Source: Azolla caroliniana
Lineage: Eukaryota; Plantae; Polypodiophyta
NCBI GenBank assembly: GCA_043228905.1
Contig: JBHGNT010000020.1
Span: 3,906,001-3,970,000, forward strand
Length of the DNA: 64,000 nucleotides
Reading direction: 5' to 3'
Part shown: in pieces, positions 11,001 to 25,937 of the stretch
How positions within the stretch are numbered: the stretch's first letter is position 1
Layout of the letters: each line of letters begins with the position of its first letter
Made by a program: the position numbers and the translations under genes
The notes under the pieces: model-generated
The model's input: only the letters and a program-made list of their open reading frames with translations
Databases searched by the model: none
Told to the model about the DNA's origin: nothing

Positions 11001-12826
11001 CGAAGACTTCGCACTTCCGTTCAATGAGGAAGAGTCATGTGTGCCGACTGTAATCTTCGATGAAGGAGACGAAATATCCACTCCCACCAAGGCTCACATT
11101 CTGTGCCGGTCCCCATACATCCGAATGAATAAAGTCGAGCTTGTTACGGCTACGGTGTCGTTCGGTGGGGAATGGAAGCCGGTGTTGCTTCCCGAGTTGG
11201 CAAGCTTCACATACTTGGGCCTTCCGGCCACTAAACTTCGGCAAACCAAAAACAACGTCTTTCGTTTGCATGTCTTGAAGCCTCTTGTCGGAGATCAATA
11301 TCCGATTCAATCTTCTGTATTTTGGCGAACAAAGCGGTGCCAACGTCATTGGTGTTGAGGATGAACATCCTCCCATCTCTGCGCCCTTGCGCAATGATTT
11401 GGCCCTCTTCCTCGATGAAGCACCCGAGGTGCGTAAACCACACCTGCATTCCTTGGTCGACAATCTGTCCAACCGACACCAGGTTCTTCGTGATAATCAG
11501 AACATGTAATACGTTCATCAACTTCCCCCTCTGTCCGACGTGGCTCAAAGGGACTTCTCCAAAATGCACGATTGGGTGAGGAGTGTCGTCTCCGGTTTTG
11601 ACAACTCTCGGTTGTTCCGGTTTCTCCAGGAAAGAGAACCACTCTTTGTGGCTCGTCATGTGATTCGACGCACCGGAATCAACGTACCACACTTCCTCTA
11701 ATTTGGAAGTGGTCTTCTTCATCGAGTTAGCCTCTGTTTCATCACCAAGGCTGGCCCTTTACCGGCTTTTCCGGTTTTGGATCCTCCCGATCCTTTTGTG
11801 TAGTGCGAGTATTGCCAGTTCTCTCTGCCAGCCTTGCCGGATCCAAATCTGTCCGAATCGGCGCGCTTTCTCTGTGGCCCTTTTTACCACAATACCAGCA
11901 TTCCGTGTGCGCCTTTGCTTGCCGGCCTCCGGCGCCGCCTTGACTCCCACTACTTCTGGAGGTTCCAGAACTATTGTTGGCACATTCTCTGTGCCTTCGG
12001 TCTTGCTCTTGCCGGCTGCTACCATTGCGAGCCAACCCGCCTCGTCCACCACACCCACGGGGCCGATCCGCCTCGATATACAACATCCGATTGTCGGTGG
12101 GTGCACTTGTTGACGCACCGGCGTGGTTCTCCTCTACAAGGAGCATCTACTGTAAGTAAAAAAAAGACGGCATATTCTCCCTCGTGCAGACCGCCATTCG
12201 GAAAGCTCCGAACTTAGACGCTAACCCGCCAAGACAAAGCTGCACCATCTCGTCCTCCTCGACATTCACGTTGACAGAGGCGAGTGAGTCGCAAATTTCT
12301 TTAATCTTGGTGGTGTAGTCTGCCACTGACATATCTCGTTGTCGTACATTGCTCAACTCTTGCCTGAGTTGAAGCTTCCTGGTTGTAGTGCTTGCGGCGA
12401 AGACCTTTTTCAGATTTCCCCAAGCTTCTTTGGGCGTCCCGGCGTCTCGGCGTCTCGGAGATGGCTTAGCAACGAGTCTCCGACATTGGATGCAAAGCAG
12501 TACATCACTCTACTTGCCGCTTGTTCCCACACAAGGAAGTCCTTGTGTGTCGCATCACGTGTCGTTAGCTCCGTCGACATAGCTCTAGTAACCATGCCCA
12601 AGCAGGTACTAGTGCATCTTGTATGACCAAGATGTGTAGTTGGATCTGTCGAGTTTCTCCACCAGGAGCAAGCTAACCATTCCTTTGTCCATTACTTCTC
12701 TTTTTGTTCTTAGGGTTTGTCTTCAGATGTTGATGTCGGCTGTAGAGGTTCTCAACCCTTGTGCTCTGATATCATGTAAAAGATTAAGTGCGGAAGCGTC
12801 AGACAAACCGGCTTTGCCGGATAGCA

Positions 12827-12868
<42 letters not shown>

Positions 12869-13209
12869 ACACAGAGTGTACGCGGGAGAGACAGAGAGAG
12901 AGCAGAACGTTTAAATCTATTACAAAACAATAATAGTTCCATGTACATGAAACGTGCTCAACAACACTATTTATACAAGTCCTAAGAGGACTGATAGAAG
13001 TACTGGGTACTTCAATGCTCACTTGAGCGTTTGACACTAACTACAAGACTATTAATTACCTAGTAGTCTAGGCTACTACTAGGCTTCCGGTTACTGTTTG
13101 ATCCAGTTAACCGGCTCCCCAACTCACTGGCTCAATTGCTCGCCGGCTCGCCGATCTGGCTCATCCTTCCGAATGCCGATCCGGATCCGATTGAGCTCAC
13201 CGCTCAACA
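7924..13209 (-). mobile_element. full-length degenerate Ty1/copia element (family A) with two LTRs
   Basis: LTRs 12775-13209 and 7924-8400; TSD TTTGG (7919-7923 / 13210-13214); PBS-like TGATATCAGAGC 12763-12774; PPT 8401-8412. Confidence 0.95.
8395..12691 (-). pseudogene. gag-pol of the 7924-13209 element; frameshifted, with an RNase H deletion
   Basis: [55 protein letters not shown] and GYTDADWA spread over several frames. Confidence 0.9.
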
Positions 13210-14341
13210 TTTGGCGTATATGCATGTACCAAAGGATCAGAGGTCAAAGCTCGACAACAAGTCGAAAGCATGCATATCATGGGATACTCGGAAGATGAGT
13301 TCGGCTACAGGCTATGGGATCTAGTCGACAAGAAGGTAGTGAGAAGTCGGGATGTAGTCTTTCTCGAAGACAAAACAATTGAAGATTGGAAGCAACAGAA
13401 GTCGGAACTGACTCCCCAGTCAACCTCGACTACCATCGACTTAAGGCCAAGTGAGTCGTCATCGGTAGTTGTAAGGAGACAGCTGGTCGACAGAGCCGAA
13501 TCCGAGTCAGTCAACTCGGAAAGACCGAGAGACTATGAGTCAGAGTCGGCAGAGCTGCTAAAATCAATTGAGGAATGTGAGTTGGAGTTTTCCAACCTAG
13601 AGATGCCGATTGATGAGCAGAATCCCGAGCAAAGAGAAGAGTTGGCCGAGACATTCGGAAAAGAGCCAACAGCGAGTGGACGAAGGTACCCACTCAGAGA
13701 AAGAAAGGCACCGACTACATATGCCAATCAATACGTCCTCTTGACTGATGACGGTGAACCGGAGTGCTATGAAGAAGCCATTGCCGACGAGAGCAGAGAA
13801 AAATTGTTGAACGCGATGCAAGAGGAGATGGAATCCTTGCACGCGAATTACACCTACGACCTAGTAGAGCTACCGAAAGGTAAGAGAGCATTCAGGAATA
13901 AGTGGGTCTACAAGGTGAAGACTGGAGAAGTCGACAACGAGCCCAGGTATAAAGCCCGCATAGTGGTGTAGGGTTTCCAACAAAGGAAGGGCGTCGACTA
14001 CAAAGGCAGAGTATATGGCAGCGATAGAAGCCGGAAAAGAGCTTATCTGGATGAGAAATTTTCTCATTGAACTAGGCATGAAGCAAAAGGAGTTCTTGCT
14101 TCACTGTGACAACCAAAGCGCCATACACCTAGCCAAGAACATGGCATACCACTCCCGGACCAAGCACATACAGAGAAGGTATCACTGGTTGCGGGATAGA
14201 GTCGAAGAAAGAGAGTTTTCCCTTGTAAAGACCCATACCGATGACAATGGATCTGACATGCTGACGAAGAACCTACCTATGGACAAACTCAGAATTTGTC
14301 GACAAAATACAGGACTGACAAATTTCCTCCCACAGGAGTGA
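13210..14341 (+). pseudogene. host copia pol continuation (integrase C-terminus, start of RT, RNase H); RT core deleted
   Basis: [29 protein letters not shown], then directly AEYMAA...CDNQSAIHLAKN...RTKHI. PPT AAGGGGGAG at 14341. Confidence 0.88.
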
Positions 14342-14351
14342 AGGGGGAGTT

Positions 14352-15046
14352 TGTTGGGAATATCTCCCTCCAATGGAAGGAAGAACCGACTGGTCGGAAA
14401 ACCAACAGTCGATGACAGGGAAGATCCGACTGTTCAGAAAGCCAACAGTCGAAGAGTCGAAAATAGTGAGTCGACTATTTGAAGATTCGATTATTATTAT
14501 TATAGTAATAGTAATAATGATGATGTTAGGAAACAGGTCTCTCCAGATGGGGATAGAGAGGAGCTGAGTTGATGAGGGACTCGACCAAGGCCGAAACCGG
14601 AATCGTGTATATAGCCAACTCGGGAGACTATAATCGTAAATAGTCTAAGAGTACACCCCCTAAGGGCTACGTATGTAAATAGCCAAAAAAGTTGTGTAAG
14701 TATATATGCAACTAGGGCAAACTTTAACTGTGTGGAACAATGTAAGAACAGTAGTTGTAGAACGTGAGAGAGAGAGAAGTGAGAGCCGCGCCATAGATGT
14801 GTGTAACAGCAGACACGAAGAGCCCTGTGCGGTTGATACACTCAATAGAGTGTTGTATTCCTCTCTGTATTGTATATCCACTATACTATAGTGAAGAATC
14901 TGTTCACCCGTGGTTTTCCCTGTTTTAGGGTTTCCACGTAAATCTTTGTATACATCTGTTTATCTTGTCTTTCTGCCATTTTGTGTGATTCGTATTTTAG
15001 CGCGTAGTTCCTTCATTGTGATTAATTCCGCAACGATTTCTCAACA
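14352..15046 (+). mobile_element. copia LTR sequence: truncated 3' LTR (14352-~14500) followed by a second LTR (14524-15046)
   Basis: TGTTGGGAATATCTCCCTCC after the PPT. TGTTAGGAAACAGGTC at 14524 matches 7174. U5 GGTTTCCACGT motif; ends CTCAACA. Confidence 0.7.
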
Positions 15047-15235
15047 GAAGATCCTCTAGCTCTCCGAATCTGATTACATCCAAAAGGTGGTGAGGCGCTT
15101 CAATATGGAGGACAAGAAGCTAGCACCGACACTGCGTCCAACGTCCCATCGACTATCGGACAAAGACTTTGCATCCACAGAAGATGAGAGAAAGGTCATG
15201 AGCTGAATACCCTACGCATCGGCCATAGGTGGTCT
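15047..15235 (+). pseudogene. copia RT fragment
   Basis: LSESDYIQKVVRRFNMEDKK...PYASAIG-like translation. Confidence 0.6.
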
Positions 15236-15334
15236 CATACCCTAGGCCAAGAGGCCAAAAGTAGGATGCCCAAGTCATTAACATAAAGTAGGATGCTTAC
15301 CGGTCAGATATATCGAGCATGTTGAGGTGTTGTA

Positions 15335-15612
15335 TATCAAGCATACTTGAAAAATGTCGCAACTTGTCTAGGCCTAGAGGTTTGGTGAAGATGTCTGCAA
15401 CCTACTGATCCGTTGGAATATACACAAGTTCGACTTCATTGGAGAGAACTGGCTCGTAGACAAAGTGATAGTGCACCTCAATCTGCTTCGTGCGAGCGTG
15501 GAAGGGGTTCTTCGCTAGTTAGACGTTGTTGAGCTTGTCACAGTATATGATTGTCGGCTCGGACACCTCTCGCTATATATCCCTTAGTAGCCTCTTGAGC
15601 CATATCTCTTCT
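15335..15612 (-). pseudogene. copia RNase H fragment
   Basis: FHARTKQIEVHYHFV...VADIFTKPLGLDKLRHF on the minus strand. Confidence 0.75.
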
Positions 15613-15627
15613 CAAGTCATGACAATT

Positions 15628-15993
15628 GTTACCCGTAGGAGTGTAAAGGGCGGTATAAGGGTAGAACACGATAAAGTAGTTGTTGTGTATGTGTTACGTA
15701 TATGAGTGTGAGTGAGGATGAGTATGTGTATGAACACATGCACAATTATGTGCATGTGTACAAGAATGTAATGGTCTTCTTTTGTAATGGTCATATTATG
15801 TAATCGTTACAATATGTACTATGTAAACACCTATGGGGCATGTAATGAGATATAGATTGTTCCCTCTCATTTTGTGTCTCATTGTTTCTCTTTCCCTCTC
15901 TCTCTCTCTCTCTCTCTCTCTCAGCTCCTCTTTGTGTTGGTGAAGCCAAAGAAATGGTGGGTGTTCCAAAAGAGGAGCTTCTTTAGTTTCCCC
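15628..15993 (+). repeat. unclassified LTR-like repeat, interrupted by the young copia; related copy at ~24012-24400
   Basis: Both copies share TGAGTGTGAGT...TGAACACATGCA...GTGCATGTG...TATGGGG...(CT)n. The CCCCACCCCAC motif continues at 21405. Confidence 0.5.
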
Positions 15994-18900
15994 TGTCGAA
16001 TACAAGTGTATAATGGACGTATTCACACTATCCCTTTGTATAGCTCAAGTTTGGGCCATTTGTGTAATTAGCATAAATGGTAGTTGCCCTAAGTTTGTCA
16101 CTATATAAAGTGACCTAGTAACCTTTTTGTAAGGTTGGTTGTATTATTGTTTCTATTGAATAGAAAGAGTCTTTTGTGCCTCCTCTCTCTCTCTCTCTCT
16201 CTCTCTCTGTGCACGATCTTGGAAACTGCCATACGCAGGTACTCAACCCCAATCGAATGCTACTTGATCTTCCGCATTGACGGCCTTGTCTACAACATTT
16301 GGTATCAGAGCAAGGTTCCTCAACCCACTGTCGGCCGTCGTCTCAGCCTGCACAGCATTCGGTTCTTCGCGTCATCACAGCCTGCACAGTATTCGGCCTT
16401 TCGCTTCATCCCAGTCTGCAAAGCATTCGGTTTCCTGCGTCATTCGAAGAAAAAGAGAAGAAAGTAGGCAAACACAAGCTTGAATCTCGCTGCGTTAGAT
16501 CATCACTCGGAGTAAGCCAGTCGGCTGTACTCTACTTCCTTGATCGTAACTGCTTGAGGTGGGCTTCCTGCACAACGACGACTTCAAGGACAACCCCAGT
16601 TCGTGTTTCATTCGATTGGACAATAATCGGAAGGACCAGTCGGTTCCATTGCTCTCACCGTTGCAGTCAACCGAAACCGAATCGGCTTGAAGTACTGTCG
16701 GATCGTTAAATCTAGGTTCAACTCGACTAAGACAGTTGTTGGTAGTCAATCCGAACCAAATCCCCGATTCTCCGTAATCAACATCACTTGTGTCCAACTT
16801 CGGCTAGAACGACACTGAGTGGGCCAAACCGCTGCACTTCACCAAAGTTCGTAGCCGACTTAGGGCAGAGTCATGACATCAACATCCGGCTCGTCAGAAA
16901 TGAGTCTACGAAAGTTCGATGGATCGAACTTCAACTTCTGGAAGGAGCAAATGCAGGACTATCTCATAGTCAAGGGGCAAATCGATCCCATCGAAAATGA
17001 AGAACCTCCAGAAGGATACAAACCAATTGAGTGGCAGAAGCTAGACAGAATCGTCCGCGCCACGATTCGGATGCACCTATCGGAATCGGTATACTTTACA
17101 GTGCAATCGTGTACGACAGCATTCGAACTGTGGAAAACACTGTCGGACACCTACGAAAAGAAGGTCGCTGCAACGAAGATGTTTCTGATCCGGCGCCTCT
17201 ACAACTTGCGGATGAAAGAATCAGATTCGGTTCAAGCACATCTCAATGAGTACGAAAGCATAAGCTCCTAAATCTCATCTCAGGGGACGGCAATCGAGGA
17301 TGAACTCAGAGCAATGATACTCATGAGCAGCCTTCCCTCATCATGGGAAACTTTCGTCACTACCGTGTGCAACGCGTCAACCACGGCTGTTAAATACTCC
17401 GAAGTCACGAGCGCAATCCTGACCGAAGCAGCTCGGAGAAAGTCTTTCGCCAAAGACTCAACAGACGACGCTTATGTAGTACAAGGTTCGACAGACCGAT
17501 CGAACATACGAGGAAGAGATTCCTCACGGCAGCCGAACAATCAGCGAAGACGGAGCCAGTCACGGGATAATCGAATCTGCAACTATTGCAAGAAACCCGG
17601 ACACATCAAAGCCGACTGCCGCGCACTCAAGAACAAGAACGACAAGTCTCAGAAATCAGACAAGAAGAGTGGCCGGCATGAGGAGATCAATTACGTCAGC
17701 TTCTCAGCTGATGTGCTACCAAACGACCCGAATATACTATCAATCGAAAACCCAGTCGGATCAGAAGTTCTGCTCACGACTGAAGAATCGAGCACATGGC
17801 TCTTAGATTCGGGCGCGTCATTTCACGTGACTCCTCATCGATCCCAATTTCGGCAATATACGATCCGTCACTCCGACTCAGTTCGAGTCGGCAACTCGCA
17901 ACACTGTGACATCATTGGAATCGGCACAGTAGAGCTCAACCTTGCAGGTGGCTCTACACTTGTACTCCACAATGTCCGACATGTACCCGAGCTCTCAAGG
18001 CCATTGATCTCAGTCGGACAACTAGATGAAGACGGCATTCGTGCCGGTTTTTCTTCGGGAGGGTGGACACTCCACAGGGGGAAGTCCTGCTTGCTAGAGG
18101 ACCCAAGATACACTCACTGTATCCGTTACATGTTACGCTCAGAGAGGGTAACCTGTTTTTGGTGGATATTCCTGTGTCATCACTATGGCACAGAAGATTA
18201 GGACACCTCAGCAAGGCCGGCATCACGCACCTATCTAGAGCCGGATACATCCCTAAACTCTCCTTCTCGGACCATCAATTCTGCGAACATTGCCAGTATG
18301 GCAAACAAGCAGCCGCATCACACCCGACATCAGCACCAAGAGAAACGAGACCTCTCGATTTAGTCCACTCGGACGTCTGTGGCCCAATGCCGCATCAGTC
18401 TCTCGGCGGTGCCTCTTACTTCGTCAGTTTCATTGACGATTCGACTCGAAAGGTGTGGGCTTATCCAATTCGCACCAAAGATCGTGTCTTCTCGATCTTC
18501 TCTGATTGGCTCGCTATGGTAGAAAATCAAACTGACCGAAAACTGAAATGCTTTCGGACCGACAATGGGGGAGAGTTCAAATCAGAAGAATTCGTCAAAT
18601 TCTGCCGACAACGCGGCATCCGACGTGAATTTACGGCACCACACAGTCCGGAGCAAAACGGGATTGCAGAATGCATGAATCGGACAATCCAAGAACGGAT
18701 AGTTTCCATGCTCCAACACTCCGGACTGTCGGATGGCTTCTGGGCAGAGGCTCTACTCACGGCAGTACACATAATCAATATGTCGCCAAGCAGACCTCTA
18801 GGACTTCAAATTCCTCAGGAACTATGGATCGGCAGTAAGCCGAATTACGACAAGCTGAGGATCTTCGGATGCGAGGCGTACGCCCTTATTCCGAAAGATG

Positions 18901-21282
18901 ATCGCCGAAAACTTGCACCTCGGTCCAGGAAATGCATTTTCCTTGGATATGGATCAGACGGCGAAATGGGATACCGACTCTGGGACCCCGAACGCAGACA
19001 AATCGTTCGAAGTTCGGACGTTGTGTTCAACGAGTCGGCTATGAATCCATCAGTCAAAACACCGATCGAAGTCCGAAGGGTAACATTTTCCGATGTGCCG
19101 ACCCTTCAAGAAGGCCCCGCTCTTAACACACGGTCAGCTTCACGGGTAGCTGAACCTTCCACTACCGACTCGGACAACTCTGACTCGGCACAGCAGAATA
19201 ATTCGCTTTCGGACCATCCGACCTCGATACCCGATACGACCAGTCCAATCATCCCTCGACGATCCGAGAGACTGTCGCAACCTCCGGAGAGGTATTCTCC
19301 TGGAATTTTCTTCACCGACGCCGGCGAACCGACGTCTTACGAAGAAGCATCGACATCTGTCGATTCAGCCACCTGGCATCTGGCGATGGAGTCGGAAATG
19401 CACTCCATTCGGGCAAACAAGACTTGGGATCTGGTCGAATTACCTAAGAATCGACGTGCTCTTCCTTGCAAGTGGGTTTATCGACTAAAAGAGACGTCTG
19501 ATTCGACCACCCCAAAGTACAAGGCCAAATTAGTTGCGAAGGGCTTCCGACAAGAATATGGCGTCGACTTCGACGAGATTTTTTCACCAGTGGTGAAAAT
19601 GACAACCCTTCGTTTTCTACTCGGCGTAGTGGCAGCCGACAACTTGGAGCTGATTCAGCTAGATGTCAAAACAGCCTTCCTCCATGGTGATCTTGAAGAG
19701 GAAATTTATATGGAGCAGCCAAAAGGCTTCGTGGCAACTGGCCAAGAACATCTAGTCTGCCGACTCAGGAAGAGTCTATACGGCCTCAAACAGGCACCGC
19801 GACAATGGTACAAGAAGTTCGACGACTTCATCCAATCGATCGGCTTCTCAAAAAGCGATGAGGACCATTGTCTTTTTACCAACACAGCTCAAGATGAATC
19901 ACCCATCTTCCTCATCATTTACGTGGACGACATGCTAATTTCTGGACGCCACGCGGGCGAACTTGCCGATCTCATTCGGCAATTGCGGTTGAAGTTTGCC
20001 ATGAAGGACCTCGGTCCGGCACGACACATACTTGGCATGAAGATTAGTCGGCATCGCGATAAACGACATCTTTTTTTGTCTCAGACCGACTATATCGGAC
20101 GTGTCTTGGAACGCTTCAACATGCAATCAGCCAAATCTGCTTCAACCCCGCTCCCCATGAATCTTCGGCTCTCTCAGCGAGACTGCCCGACATCCGGTCC
20201 GGAGGGGGAAGATATGAAGTCGGTACCGTATGCACCGGCAGTCGGCTCCCTTATGTACCTGATGGTCGCGACACGGCCTGATATTTCTCATGCCGTAGGA
20301 GTCGTTAGCAGATTTATGCACAATCCTGGCCGATCGCATTGGAACGCAGTCAAGCATGTGTTCAAATATCTGGCTGGCACAAAAGACCACGACATTCTTT
20401 TCGGTCCGAACTCAACCTCGGGCATAGTCGGTTACACCGACTCGGACTTCGCCGGCTGTATAGACAGTCGGAAATCAACAACTGGATACTGCTTCAAATT
20501 CGGCAATGGAGCAATTTCGTGGAAGTCGAAACTTCAGGAGTGCACAGCGACCTCAACAACCGAAGCAGAATATGTAGCTGCGTCCGACGCTGCAAAAGAA
20601 GCTTTGTGGCTCGGCCGGCTGGTGCACACGTTTTGACAAGTCGACCATGACTCGGCCCCAGTTGTCTATAGCGACAGTCAAGGTGCTGTTGCCTTGTCGA
20701 AAAATCCGGTTCACCACAACGCCTCCAAACATATCGACGTTCGATATCACTTCGTTCGGGACTGCGTCATTTCAGGGAAAATCGGTCTAGAGAAAATATC
20801 TACAACCGACAATGTCGCAGATGGAATGACCAAGTGTCTTTCGGCAGACCGCTTTCGGTCCCTTCGGCATCAGATGGGCGTAACGACAAACCAGTCCGGT
20901 TAGAGCCGGACACAGCGCAGGATGGTTTCAGACAACCGACATCAGTTCCTTAATGATCGGCTTCAACTCTTCCGACCCGACCAGTCCGGTCTTCTGCCTT
21001 CGGACCCTGCCGACTCGAACAAAACTGATATGTCCGAGAACCTAGGTTTATACCTGTAATCTTAGATAACCCATGTATACGCCCATTACGGGGGAGTGTC
21101 GAATACAAGTGTATAATGGACGTATTCACACTATCCCTTTGTATAGCTCAAGTTTGGGCCATTTGTGTAATTAGCATAAATGGTAGTTGCCCAAAGTTTG
21201 TCACTATATAAAGTGACCTAGTAACCTTTTTGTAAGGTTGGTTGTATTATTGTTTCTATTGAATAGAAAGAGTCTTTTGTGC

Positions 21283-21319
<37 letters not shown>

Positions 21320-21404
21320 ACGATCTTGGAAACTGCCATACGCAGGTACTCAACCCCAATCGAATGCTACTTGATCTTCCGCATTGACGGCCTTGTCTAC
21401 AACA
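15994..21404 (+). mobile_element. young full-length Ty1/copia retrotransposon
   Basis: LTRs 15994-16297 and 21097-21404 differ by one substitution seen plus (CT)n length. TSD TCCCC; PBS TGGTATCAGAGC 16300-16311; PPT GGGGGAG 21090-21096. Confidence 0.97.
16873..20903 (+). pseudogene. gag-pol polyprotein (gag, CCHC, PR, IN, RT, RH) with 2 nonsense codons and 1 frameshift
   Basis: KFDGSNFNFWK, CNYCKKPGHIKADC, LLDSGAS, HSDVCGP, YVDD, GYTDSD, SKHIDVRYHF. TAA at 17269, frameshift near 18080, TGA at 20634. Confidence 0.93.
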
Positions 21405-21469
21405 TCCCCCACCCCACCCTTCCCTTGAGAAGAAGTCCCTCTCCCTCACTCACTCACTCACTCTCTCAC

Positions 21470-23804
<2,335 letters not shown>

Positions 23805-24514
23805 GTGTAATTGTGTGTATGTGTCTGCTTCCTGAAGAAGAAGAAACTCACAATAAAAGCATGGATGAAACTTCTCGACTTCATTTCTTCAACAATAACA
23901 TTAACATTGAGAATGGGAGATTGAAGAGGGATGTCCATAGTGTGCATCATGAAAACCTAAATTTGCTATCTCAGGGAATGACATGCAAAAAGGAGCTTCT
24001 TCACTTCAAAATGTTGTACGGGAGATGTAGAGCGTGATGAGCGAAGGTCGAATGCTATAATGTTGATGTGTATATGTAGATGTGCATAAGCGTAATTGTG
24101 AGTGTGAGTAGATACGTATGTGAACACATGCATACGTGTGTGCATGTGTGCATGTGGACAGATACAGGGAGGTGTGAGTGAGTGATTTGTGTGAATGGCC
24201 AAGGGGGCTTGCACCCCTATGTATCTACCCCCTCTTGTAACTATTTAACCCCCTTATGGGGAATGAAGGAAACATGGATGAAGATTTCTCTCTCAACCTC
24301 TCTCTCTCTCTCTTTTCCTTCTCTCTCACATTGAACCCCCTTGGGAGGGGGGTGGAGCCATTCTAGGCACCACCCCCCACCCCACAATGCTTGTCAATGC
24401 ACATCCCGTCATCATCAATTCCACGATGCTTATCTCCATCATCAAACCCATCATTATCATCATGTTATCATAATTATCACTAACCCTAACCTAAACCATT
24501 AACACGGGACGGTG

Positions 24515-24694
24515 GAAGAAGACAAGATGGTGTAGATCTGCATGGGACGTCTAGCATAGATATACGTGTTGTTTAGGACAATTTTCTACACAAGAGAAAA
24601 GTCACCCCCCTTCTTCGACCTACAATCCATGCTGCTGGTCAAAGAAAACCACACAGGGGCAACGAGGAGTGCACCCTCAAAGAAACAAATGTTG
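24515..24694 (+). pseudogene. copia family A-type gag fragment
   Basis: EEDKMV*ICMGRLA...REKSPPFFDLQSMLLVKENH, homologous to the gag near 12150 and 32750. Confidence 0.7.
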
Positions 24695-25471
24695 ACTCAC
24701 TCACCGGAGTTGTTGTTTGTGTGTTGATGGGTTGAGGGTCCCTTGCTTATCCTTTCTGTTGTGCCGATGATTCTTGTTTATCACACCCTGAGGTATTTTC
24801 GTCCTGTCATTTGACTTGAGGCAGGCACAACACTCGTTGCTTCTTCTCAAGTTGCGTTTGCACCACGAGGGATCTCGTTGGCTTCGGAAGTTGCTTGTCT
24901 TGAAGGGCCTCAAGGGCAAGACGGGGCGAGTATAACACACACATACTGGCCGACGATCAGTAGAACCTTCATGTCGGCTTGCAAGGTTAGGATGCATGCT
25001 CTTAGGGCGTTTGGGTGCGGACGAGCTTCTGCAATCGTGATGTAGCCTCCTAAGCCGTGTATGTGTTCCTACAGCCAAGCTCATAGCTACTGCAATCTTG
25101 ATGTAGTCTCTTCTTCGACCGAATGTTCACATCAATCGTTTCTTCCTGCCTTTTCTCGTCTCTGCTCTGAATGGTGAAGTTGTTGTTGGCACTCCCTTCC
25201 GGTTTTTGTGACTCAATTGGTCAAGAGGCAGCGTCTTCCGAGTTTGACTCACTCACTAGAGTTGTTGTTCCTGTGCTAAGGGGTTGAGGGTCCCTTGCTT
25301 ATCTTTTCCTGTTGTGCCGATGATTCGTGATTTGTGCATGGCATACATGCTTAATTTAACGCATGCCAATTTGGCATAAAGCTAGAGCAACAAATAACAA
25401 ATAAATTCGGTAGGTCTACACCTCCAAGATCGACCCTGGGTAGTTGGAATTAGGTAGTGATGCGATCAAAT

Positions 25472-25937
25472 TGTCAGATCGAACCAGTGTTCAAATTGAA
25501 TCGGATCGGATCGGATTGAATTGAATTGGCGAGAATGAAATATTTTGTAGCAAGAAAACATATAAAAACCGTGGCACAAAACCATGGTTTTAGCCCATGG
25601 TTTCACCCCATGGTTTCGGCCCGTGGTTTTAGCCCACGGTTTCTACATGGAGAGGCCTATAAAAGCCTATAGTTGGGCTTGTGTAAGGGAGGCAAGTGAT
25701 GTAAGTAAAAACAAAAAACTTTTAATCAAAGATCAGAGTTATCCTAATGGTGATGTATCTTGTCTCGTAAAACTAAAGTCAAGGGTTCAATCTCTATCTC
25801 AATCTCTCTCTCTCTCTTCATCCATCTATCTATCTTCAATACTTTCTCTCTTACGGTGCTAAAAACATCGAATCCTTCCAGTCCAGGACCCCGGTGGTCC
25901 CGCTTCATTTCGCGAACACGTGAGGATTTCCTCAACA
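25472..25937 (+). mobile_element. LTR of group D (left boundary uncertain), abutting a gypsy protease
   Basis: CTATAAAA box, conserved GTCCAGGACCCCGGTGGTCCC motif, end GATTTCCTCAACA, CCATGGTTT short repeats at 25565-25642. Confidence 0.6.

Noticed and set aside
14519-15051. GATGA/GAAGA as TSD of the 14524-15046 LTR
   Set aside because: The match is imperfect, and the two flanks (microsatellite vs RT fragment) do not join into a continuous sequence
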